DNA of 64,000 nt. Source: a virus. Lineage: Duplodnaviria; Caudoviricetes. Below, piece by piece: positions 41,949-51,108 of this stretch. The notes beneath the pieces were generated by a model. The model was given only the letters and a program-made list of their open reading frames with translations. It was not told the DNA's origin and searched no databases. The stretch is from positions 96,001 through 160,000 of the IMG/VR virus record IMGVR_UViG_3300023048_000001; one strand, 5' to 3'. A program made the translations under genes and the position numbers. Position 1 is the stretch's first letter. The number at the start of each line of letters is the position of its first letter.

Positions 41949-42796
41949 CGGGCTGAGAATAGACCCTGACACGTTGATACTTTAGTTTGGATTATGGCAT
42001 CTTGCGGATGCTTTCCCACTTTTCCACTACAACCATCCTTCCGAATGCATCATAGTATATCAACATAGCAGCCTTATTTAAGTGGTGGCATTTCCACTGT
42101 CACCGTAACCTATTCGGCATGTCCTATTCAGTCTGCCTTGCGAGCAGCAAAGGGTTCGACCCCATCCTTGCAATTCTTTACCAACATTCATCGGCCTTGC
42201 GAGCTTCCGAATGACTCTATTGTCTTACGACTAGAGCATTATGCTATTTTCAGTTACGACCGAATCCGTCTTTGCGTTTTTTCAAGGTTGGATTTGAACC
42301 AACGTATGATCGTTTAAGAGACGATTGCTTATCCACTAAGCTACTAGTTATCCCACTAAGGTCGAGCGGATTCATAGGTCCATACCCTTTTGGGGTACAA
42401 AATTCTATCCGACCTCATCTGCTTCTCACCCGCTAAGGTTACACTCGCAGTTCGTTTCACGACTCTTTCAAGCCATTAACAATGTATAAACGCATTCGTC
42501 CGCTAAGACTCACACCCTCATACTACCAATTCATCATCCACTGGTTCAACGTTAGACCGGCTAGAGGTTTCTATTCCTCTCATCACTCACCGATTGGCCT
42601 GTGATGGTTTTAACCGCATTGAATTCCAATATATCTCCGAAAGCTTCCGAAGCCAGAGCGTTCCACTCTGTGATATGTTGGCTTTTATAAACGAGTCCAT
42701 TTTCATGGTGGGACGCTGGTAGGCGCATTCCCGTTTGACACCTCACGGTATCTTATCTCTCCCTCATAACCCTTTCGAATTATGAGGTACTACACA
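41949..42796 (-). ncRNA. large (~850 nt) structured RNA, GOLLD-like, with nested tRNA-Lys(CTT) module
   Basis: No credible ORF; many hairpins with GCAA tetraloops; long-range pairings to the 3' end; sits in a tRNA region. Confidence 0.65.
42280..42350 (-). tRNA. tRNA-Lys(CTT)-like module lacking a proper acceptor stem, nested in the large RNA
   Basis: D-arm GCTT-AGTGGAT-AAGC, ATCGT-CTCTTAA-ACGAT, T-arm GTTGG-TTCAAAT-CCAAC. Confidence 0.65.
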
Positions 42797-42848
42797 TACG
42801 TTATTCCTTTAACGTTTCGTTCCTCTAAGTGGGAACTCATCAGTGTGT
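42792..42848 (-). ncRNA. hammerhead ribozyme, type I
   Basis: ACACA-CTGATGA-GTTCC..GGAAC-GAAA-CGTTA..TAACG-TA-TGTGT: full core, GUA cleavage triplet. Confidence 0.9.
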
Positions 42849-42903
42849 GACTTGATGTAGAACATATTAAAGTGTTTAACTATTCCTGTCAACACTTAAA
42901 TTG

Positions 42904-43055
42904 GATGTTTCATTCGGGAAGGTGATCAAACCTTCCTAGCTTATCTTCCTAACACTCCTTTGGAGGTTCTAGTCTTTGCTCATATAGAAGATTTTTGAGT
43001 CTACGGTAGCCTGTATCCGCGATATTGATCCGAATGAAACGTTTGCCTTTCGGCC
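42904..43055 (-). ncRNA. candidate ~150-nt structured RNA
   Basis: 11-bp closing stem GTTTCATTCGG/CCGAATGAAAC (3' C shared with the adjacent hairpin); T-arm-like hairpin; own TTGACA promoter. Confidence 0.5.
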
Positions 43056-43117
43056 AACAAATATAGTGTATATGTTAATCTCTTTATGTCAAGAGCATAA
43101 ACACTAGGATTACAATT

Positions 43118-43192
43118 TGGTACTCTGTACGGGTATCGATCCCGTTTCTGCTGGGTGAAAACCAACTATCCTAGCCACTAGACGAACAGAGC
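43118..43192 (-). tRNA. tRNA-Glu(TTC)
   Basis: 75-nt cloverleaf, GTTGG-TTTTCAC-CCAGC, CCA. Confidence 0.9.
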
Positions 43193-43196
43193 ATAT

Positions 43197-43391
43197 TTAA
43201 TAATTACATCTTATCCAAACATACCCACGATAATTACCGGGAGTTGTTGGCATCGTATCCTCAAATATAGGCAGAGGATCATTGATATAGACTTTACTGC
43301 TACCACGTTCAAACGTGTATGCCGTATCATAATGTACTGTTGAACATGAAGTCAAGAAGATAATTATGAAAGGTGACAAATATTTGATCAT
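43197..43391 (-). CDS. small lipoprotein
   Basis: FLTSC lipobox. Confidence 0.6.
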   Translation of the reverse strand: MIKYLSPFIIIFLTSCSTVHYDTAYTFERGSSKVYINDPLPIFEDTMPTTPGNYRGYVWIRCNY

Positions 43392-43402
43392 AGTTTTAAA
43401 AT

Positions 43403-43489
43403 TGGTATACCAGACGGGATTCGAACCCGCAATGCATCACTGCAACTGAGTGAAAGTCAGTCCACTTTGTCCAATTTGTATACTGGTAT
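43403..43489 (-). tRNA. tRNA with TTC (Glu) anticodon on a class II long-variable-arm body
   Basis: ATACCAG/CTGGTAT acceptor, ACTGA-CTTTCAC-TCAGT, V-arm TGCA-GTGA-TGCA, A73-CCA. Confidence 0.8.
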
Positions 43490-43926
43490 ATAAACTGTTG
43501 CTTTATTTATTATTACGGTAAGCAAATGCAATAATTATGCATTTGCGATTACACAATAAGCCATACCATGATCAATACGACACTCACGATATGAATCCAT
43601 CTGTGAATAAATGCTGATACCAGCAATCAATAAGATGAATAAGGCTATGAGTGTAGCCATGATTTTGTCTGTGACTGTCTTCATAGAGCGTATCTTACCT
43701 TATATTATAACTTTGTCAAATGATTTATTTGATCACTCATCATATCAGAACTCAACTTACTATATGAGCTTGGAATTCTGTAGTCATATTTTTCAAAATC
43801 CCAAGTGGGATCGAGAACTTCAAACCAATGATTTTGATCTTTAATACTGCATTCAATAAATTTTAGTTTACTGAATGCTAATTTAATTTCTAATTCTGTT
43901 GCCATAAAATAATCCTTTCGGATTAT

Positions 43927-44382
43927 TTATAAAGTGTTGATTGCAGTAGGATGAACGTTACGAATTGTGCGCATTCTTTCCTTAAAGGATTCCACGAAAT
44001 TATCACGAATATTTAATGAATCGTGTGCATTCTGCACCTCTGTCAAAACATCCAATAATTTTGTCAGACGAATGTCCTCTGGTACACCAAGGGTACGCTT
44101 CATACCAAAGGTTCTGTCATTGACATCAAAATATTCTGCATTACTACTTAGAACAGAATATACATTACCACCCATTCCGCGACTAAGGTAAGCATGATCT
44201 TCAGCCGAAAGTAAATGGCCAACAGCACATTTACTACCATCATTTGTAAGATACACGCAATGACCCGCCGCGTTGAGTGCAGGATGTCCCTGCTCTACAA
44301 CTTTGGCTTCTACGTAGTCAAGTGTGTCCTTAAGGCTGACTTTACCAGCGATCAATTTCTTAAGAGTAGGTACATTAGACAT
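43927..44382 (-). CDS. hypothetical protein (tandem paralog)
   Basis: MSNVPTLKKL..LDYVEAKVVEQGHPAL shared with the neighbour. Confidence 0.8.
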   Translation of the reverse strand: MSNVPTLKKLIAGKVSLKDTLDYVEAKVVEQGHPALNAAGHCVYLTNDGSKCAVGHLLSAEDHAYLSRGMGGNVYSVLSSNAEYFDVNDRTFGMKRTLGVPEDIRLTKLLDVLTEVQNAHDSLNIRDNFVESFKERMRTIRNVHPTAINTL

Positions 44383-44391
44383 AGTTATTCC

Positions 44392-44841
44392 TTAATATTT
44401 TGCAATAATATCAGCATTATCTTCACGAATGAATGCCATTTCTGCCTTGAATTTATTTACGAAGTCATCATGATTACTCTGCTCATCATGTGCACACTGA
44501 ACAGCATGTAGAGTTTTATAAATACCGACAAGTGAAGTGTCTTCATTATTAGTACGATGATAGAAAGGCTGTGTCATATCAATTTCAAAATATTCTTTAT
44601 TGAGTGAAATAATACCAAGCAAGCTTTTATCCAATCCCTTAAGACCATGTAAGTGATCTTCTTCAGTAAGAAGATGACCAATAGCGCATTTTTCACCTGT
44701 TTCAGTGAGATATACACAACTTCCACGGTAATCAAGCGCAGGATGACCTTGTTCGACCACCTTGGCTTCGACATAATCAAGAGTCGCGGCAAGAGTTACT
44801 TCACCAGCCAAAAGCTTCTTTAATGTAGGTACATTAGACAT
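44392..44841 (-). CDS. hypothetical protein (tandem paralog)
   Basis: MSNVPTLKKL..LDYVEAKVVEQGHPAL shared with 43927-44382. Confidence 0.8.
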   Translation of the reverse strand: MSNVPTLKKLLAGEVTLAATLDYVEAKVVEQGHPALDYRGSCVYLTETGEKCAIGHLLTEEDHLHGLKGLDKSLLGIISLNKEYFEIDMTQPFYHRTNNEDTSLVGIYKTLHAVQCAHDEQSNHDDFVNKFKAEMAFIREDNADIIAKY

Positions 44842-45503
44842 GGTTATTCCTTGATATCAAACGAGTTGAGGACGCGAGCAATTTCTGCTGCTATCTGGTT
44901 ATAGGATGCCGGTTCTTCACCGTAGAAAATACCCTTGATTTCGATATCAAGCATACCATACTTCTCGCGAAGAATCCCATTGATAATTTCTTTGCTCTGA
45001 GCATCACCGATTACAAAAATCGGTGAGTTCTTCAGGCCGGTTACATAATTGAGTTCGGTCATATTCGTTATTAGGTTGATTCTGAAGGTACAGTGTACCT
45101 TTTATCATTCGATAAAGGAAGTTATTTGTTGGAATACTGTTAAGCACATCCTCAAAGAACTTTTCACCCATTAGTTCAACGACCATAATCTTCCTTCGGA
45201 ATCATACCTTCCTTACCGGGAATCAACTGAAACTTATCATCAATGGAATTGAAGTACTCGGAACGGTTGCAATTGAGGCAATTACGTTCCTTACGATAAA
45301 CCGATCCCGGCTGATTGCCGCCCATGGTTCTCTCACCCGGAAGCGTTTCAGCGGTATTACCTTTGTATAGGAATCGACCAGTCATCCCACCATACCAATC
45401 ATGGAATCCGATTGAACAAAGGAATCCCTGATCATGTGAGAAATGGACCAGAAGAAAGAAGCCAATGATGAGGACTAAAGCAATGATAATGGACATATGG
45501 GTC

Positions 45504-45812
45504 TCAGTATTTGAGTGTGATTTCAGTGTAGGGATTAATATCTGTCAAAGCTTCGAAGATAAAGAATCTACCAAAGCTACATACTGTAATGATTTTGAAG
45601 TTGGGTTCATCGGAGTGATTACAGTAGGTAAACTCACTCAGGACGACACATAAAGGCTTCGGACCATTCTTAAGAGGAAAGACATGGTGATCTAACTCGT
45701 TGGTGTCTACAGGCAGAATGGGAACCGTAAAGGTCTGTCCTGCCTTTATATTTGCACGGGTGAAACATCCAAAACCATGAATGGATGAATCATCTATGAA
45801 GAAATCTTTCAT
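45504..45812 (-). CDS. SET-domain protein (putative methyltransferase)
   Basis: SSIHGFGCF, YCNHSDEPN and EITLKY SET motifs. Confidence 0.8.
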   Translation of the reverse strand: MKDFFIDDSSIHGFGCFTRANIKAGQTFTVPILPVDTNELDHHVFPLKNGPKPLCVVLSEFTYCNHSDEPNFKIITVCSFGRFFIFEALTDINPYTEITLKY

Positions 45813-46155
45813 TTCGGCTTACGACCCATGAAGACAACATTTCGCGATCCACGATCACCAATTTCGATCAGACCAGCAATACCAAAACCCCAGCGGAACG
45901 GAAGAAGCCTTCCCGGAACCTTGGGATTACAATGATGGTTGGTAAAAGTATAAAATATACCATGCAATTTCAAACATACACGCCAATTCTTCCACCTGTG
46001 CTTAGGAGCAATATGGATAGGATTATGATAGGTACCATCCGGCTTCAGCGTGGTAATGCCGATACGAACCAGAGGACTAAGCAGTTTTTCTTTGGTGATC
46101 ATGGTTATCTCCTGTTGACTATAGTTTAGTGAATTTAATTCTTATCGTCAATAAG

Positions 46156-46406
46156 AAAAAAGCTCGCCAAAGCGAGCTTTTTATCTAATAAAAGAAGGAT
46201 TAATTTTTAATAGCAACCATATCCTAGTAAAGTATCTTTGCTATCCGATAGAACAGTTTCTATTCCATCCTGCCCACTGTGATGTAGGGTGTGCTTTTTG
46301 GGAGGTCGTACAGTTTCGGAACGCACTCCATTCCTCACCATTTTGCTATCTCTCGACAGTCTTTGAGTTGATTGGGTAGAAAAAAGGATTAACCTACCGG
46401 CTCAAC
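46156..46406 (-). ncRNA. candidate ~250-nt small RNA
   Basis: TTGACA-N17-TATTCT promoter (46413-46441); no ORF; hairpin+U terminator at 46156-46182. Confidence 0.55.
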
Positions 46407-46993
46407 AATTATAGAATATAACTTTTAAAACTTTATGTCAATACTTAGTAAGTAGGACCAGTGTGATGATTGAAAGTCAGCATTGCATCATGGCTCACCG
46501 GCCACAGCGGACAAGCACCTTCATGGCCGAAACCTGCACTACAAAACCAACCCTTGGGATGGTCATGCTTGCATGGACCATTCTTCTCTTCAGCACGATA
46601 GCTCTGAAGATCAGTAAACATCTGTTCCATAATCTTCCATGGCTCGTAGATGTCCTTCAGAAGTGGAAAGCCTTCAGCAGTCTTCTTTGCCCATTCAATG
46701 AACTGGGCAAGCTGTTCGTCAGTGTAATTGAATTTAACTTCAGTCGTCATAACTTTGCTCGGTGTTGGTGAGATTGAATTCTACCGGATTTAAAAGTTAA
46801 ATCCAAGTACTCATGACATAGAGTGGAAATGTTCCAATAAGAAGCAAGACAATACTGATCACAAAGTCAATTACCTCAAAGCCATATCCTTTCTTCCAAC
46901 GTAAGATGGTTATAAACCCACCATAGAAGCCAAATCCAAACAATAGACCAAGCAAGATAGGTATAAAAATGTAACTCATAATATTTCCTAATA

Positions 46994-47070
46994 AGGGAAC
47001 TGTGATGGGATTCGAACCCACGATACCTTCCCTTCCGGGTGAGTCGCTTAACCATCAGCGTTCACAGTTC
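46994..47070 (-). ncRNA. tRNA-like RNA with His-type acceptor and no anticodon loop
   Basis: GAACTGTG/CACAGTTC stem, normal D and T arms, CCC-GGAA-GGG hairpin in the anticodon position. Confidence 0.65.
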
Positions 47071-49759
47071 AGATTTTTTTAATCTTTACGTGTCAATAAA
47101 GCACGTTTGTACCAAGCTGATTTTGCAAATTCCCAAAAGCCATCATAGGGTTTACCCTGTTCACCCATAAACCATTTGGTGAATTCCTTCTCTTCGTCAA
47201 TAGAAGATGAAACGTGATTATGGTCGGGTAAGCCGAATAGATTATCTGAAATCCAAGTATCAGCCTTACCCTTGGTATCAACACGCCATACACCCATTGT
47301 GGATACATCAGCAGGACGCCAGATGGTTCCACATTTTAAACAAGTATGACTACGATGCGGTGGATTGGTCCACTCAGCCTCATATGCCTCCATAGCCTTT
47401 CTAAGAGACTCTAGGTCTTCAACTGACTCAGTGCCCATAGGAGCATCGAACTTATCAGACCAATGGTTTGGTCTATCTAGATGCTGAAACCCGCATACGG
47501 GACAGTGTAGAACCATTTTGATGGGCGTTTGATCCGTCATATCAATCTCTTTTATTTTCATATCAATCTCTTTTATTTGTATATTAATAATTAACTCTAT
47601 GATACTAGTTTATGAGCATAATCAATAATGTTATTTAAGTATTGGTCTTCTATAGGACGTACTATATCACCAAACGCAGCGATTAAATTGTCTTTGAATT
47701 TGGGATTATAGTCCATACCACCACGCATGTAATTATACAAGTATTCAAAGTCACCAGCTACTACACCCTTACTAAGACAAATATCACAGATATTCGATAC
47801 GTGTGGAAACTTAGCTGGATCATTTACAACAAACACTGCGCCATCAAAGTCTGATCCATATCCAGTTGAGACTACGTGCATATCAATCTTATCGTAATAG
47901 CTTAGATCGGCTGCACAGCCATTACCTTGGAAGTATGAACCTTCTCTTTCAGCGTCATGCCACCACACAGGAAAGCGTGCAACACAAATATCGCAGGTTC
48001 CTACCTTAAGAAGTCGCAGATTCCTTAACGTATTTCTACGAGCCCTCCATGAGTTCTTTAATAGCCAATTCCGGGTCAGCTTTAATGATCTTGGCCCTTC
48101 AGGCTCATACGGTATTTCAAACCAATCAGATAATGAACTAATAGTGGTCATGGGTTAATCCTTTATAAAACTTCATTGCATCAGAAAATTCTGTATCAGA
48201 CAATGGATTATCCATGGTGTAAACTTTGTTCTGATAAGCTTCCAGATTGACTAGCTGAATCTCAAATGTATTAGTATCTAAATACCAGTCAATTAGTTCT
48301 TTGATCTGTTCATCCGTAACATGATCACCGATGTCATCCACCCTCCACTCACCATGAGCATATGATTTATGTTGTCGATACAGAATAGCTCTCATCCCTA
48401 ATCCTTATGTAAGTATTACCATTTAAAATCTTCGCCATAAATGCTCTTCATATGGGTCGTAATAATTGAGCTAACTGTTGATTGTGTCCTTGGTCTAACT
48501 TTACCACTTTTAACCGCGTCAGGTTTTACACCCTCAGAATCTTCATGGTTTAAAACACAGTTGGGATTACCACAAGGGCATGCGACGTATTCATATTCTT
48601 CACGGGAAAACAGTCTATTTCCAGAAGGTGCATAGCCTTCGCTGTCAGCATAACCAGCTTCATCACCATAATCATTCTTTTCAGATGGCTTTGAATAGAA
48701 ACTCTCAACCACTCCTAAGCTGACTTCTGATAGCATGCTATCAATAGTATACGTATTATCATTATGAATATCATAATCAATCAACTGAGTTTCATTCCCA
48801 GCCTTTACAGATTCTTCAAGAAGATAACGAACCTGTGTCTGGTCAGCATCTTCACTGATAACTCTGATTAACCATCCACTATTTGGATTGCTACGGTTAA
48901 TATTTTTATTTAAATTCTTTCGGTATAAAATTGCTTTCATTTATTATTCTCTTATATGATGTTAAATCTATTGGCTTGATGGATAGCGTGGAGTCATATC
49001 AATAACCCTACGGCGCAGTCCAATGGGAATGTCAGCACCGTTAATATCATTCCAAGTCTCGCAACATGGGCACTGAAACGTAATATAATCTTCACTGCTT
49101 TGATCTATAAACGTGTTGTGCGTGTGGAATAGATCAGCACTAGAAACCTCTAGGAGAGCGCCACAGCCATGATTGCCATTACCCCTACCATCGCAGGCGT
49201 ATTGCTTCGACCATGAACCACCCTCAGTACCTTTTTTAATGATCTTCATGATTTAGTTTCTTTTAGTAATTTCTGTGATCGGTAGAGACATGATCTTATC
49301 CCATAGCATGGATGGTATTACAAGTTTACTTATTTCATTAAGCTCTTGACATGATAGACATCTAAACACAGCCATATTAGCATTATAAAATGTTATACCA
49401 CCAAATTCACCAACGTAGTAATGCCTACTATCCATTTTTACATGAAACATGTCTGGCACCGATACTTCAAGCAGCGCTCCACATCCATCTTTATTTAAAC
49501 CACGACATTTGGCTCGCATATTCCAAATATCATTGTTTCTTCCTTCTTTAATGATTTTCATAGATTCTCACTTGACGTAAACACAATATGCGTCACGAGT
49601 GCTGCTACGTGTCTTAAGCCAATCGATCTGCGCAGTACAAGCTTCCTTGGTTGTGAAACCGGGAATCATCTGACTCGCCACCGCTGAATCATAACCGTTG
49701 TAATTGTTCAAAAGAATGATCAATACCCAATGCATAAGAAATCCTCTGAGAAGATTGGA

Positions 49760-50461
49760 TTATAACTCTTGAGTGGTTATAAAGCTACCATCGACTGCAC
49801 GCTTCTTACCTTGGACATTGCGTCCTGCATAGGTTGAGGTCTGTGAATGACAGTTAGGACAAAGGAAGCAAAGGTTATCCAATCGGTTATCATTACCAAC
49901 ACCATTGATATGCTCAAGATGTAACACAATTGGCTGACCATTCCATGTATCTGTGATAGTACATTGTGGACCGGAACATTTGTAAGGAATGAGGTTGAGT
50001 GACAGGATTCTGCTTTTTACTGTAGGACGAAGTGCTGTAGAGTTTTCACAAAATATATCGTCGTATGACCTCGTACCACTGTTATTTTGTGCAGCAGCTT
50101 TTCTTGCATCAAAATGTGATACATCAGTCTTGTAATGTTTAATCAACTTTCTAACTGTTTGAATATTATTACCAGAGAACCTAATATCCATATGCTTCAT
50201 AAGATCAGTCCAACATATAGACTCATTTGCAAGCTGTTGGATAGTTTCTTTTGAATATCTCTTATGTAACGGGTTTCCCATACAATGATGGGAAATATTA
50301 ATTTCATGACTTGCAATGAAATTTATTAAGTATTTAAGTGCTTGAGCATTCTTTATGTTGATACCAAGCCTGCGTAGTATCTCTTGTTTTGATGTGCATT
50401 CTGATATAAGCAAAGTGAGTTCACTTACTGGCTTCATTCTAATTTTATCTATTTCTGTCAT
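49760..50461 (-). CDS. HNH homing endonuclease
   Basis: LEHINGVGNDNRLDNLCFLCPNCHSQT. Confidence 0.9.
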   Translation of the reverse strand: MTEIDKIRMKPVSELTLLISECTSKQEILRRLGINIKNAQALKYLINFIASHEINISHHCMGNPLHKRYSKETIQQLANESICWTDLMKHMDIRFSGNNIQTVRKLIKHYKTDVSHFDARKAAAQNNSGTRSYDDIFCENSTALRPTVKSRILSLNLIPYKCSGPQCTITDTWNGQPIVLHLEHINGVGNDNRLDNLCFLCPNCHSQTSTYAGRNVQGKKRAVDGSFITTQEL

Positions 50462-50573
50462 ACAATATCTCAGTTAATGAGATATTTATCAAACGTAGAG
50501 CAGTGTGTCACGACGCAGTGTATGGTCATAAACATTAGATATTAAAAAACCCGCCGAAGCGGGTTTTTATAAC

Positions 50574-50650
50574 TGGTCCGAGTTGCAGGATTCGAACCTG
50601 CGACCTTCGCGTCCCAAACGCGACGCACTGCCAGACTGTGCAAAACTCGG
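50574..50650 (-). tRNA. tRNA-Pro(TGG)
   Basis: Cloverleaf, TCGCG-TTTGGGA-CGCGA, CCA. Confidence 0.9.
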
Positions 50651-50659
50651 ATTTTAAAT

Positions 50660-50736
50660 TGGTCTCCACGGTTCGACTCGAACGAACAACCTCAAGCTTC
50701 CAAAGCTCGCCATCTACCTATTGATATTACGCGGAG
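50660..50736 (-). tRNA. tRNA-Pro(TGG), second divergent copy
   Basis: Cloverleaf, CGAGC-TTTGGAA-GCTTG, CCA. Confidence 0.85.
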
Positions 50737-51030
50737 AGATTATGTTACGTATTATACATCTATTTATAACTGTTGTCAAGCATTTAATATTCTCTACCAT
50801 TTTCCACTCTATTGGGTGGTGAGCAATATTGTAATTATTTAGGACGCCATACAAGAGTGATGCACTTATTACCTTGTTCTTTAAGAACTTGCATTTGGTT
50901 CATCGCATCTTGCAATGATTCACCACTCCAAACTTGAGCATTTCCCCAGCCATCGTATCCATCATTACGTTCGATGCCAGTATATTTCCAAACAAGAATT
51001 GTGTATTCTGTGCCCATGTTATCTCTTAAA

Positions 51031-51108
51031 TGGTGGCCAGAGGTGGATTCGACCCACCATCTACCGGTTAAAATACCGGTGATTTTGAACCGCTTAAACT
51101 ATCCGGCC
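51031..51108 (-). tRNA. atypical tRNA with 8-nt anticodon loop (TATTTTAA)
   Basis: GGCCGGA/TCTGGCC acceptor, ACCGG..CCGGT stem, A-CCA. Confidence 0.65.

Larger units (their letters stand above)
44844..49561 (-). other. Hypothetical genes: 44844-45062, 45176-45496, 45809-46102, 46445-46750, 47079-47561, 47597-48151, 48138-48395 and 48416-48940 (paralogs), 48968-49249 and 49253-49561 (Zn-finger paralogs)
   Basis: ORF track; shared M(R/K)AILYR and MKIIK..GCGALLEVS..CxxC motifs. Confidence 0.7.

Noticed and set aside
42561-42746. ORFs overlapping RNA genes (42561-42746, 14639-14842, 27903-28103, 53847-54029, 59271-59501)
   Set aside because: They lack SD support and overlap clearly structured RNAs.
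47538-47578. 21-bp tandem duplication at a gene start (also the 12-bp tandem repeat at 38526)
   Set aside because: Consistent with simple slippage; no evidence of function.
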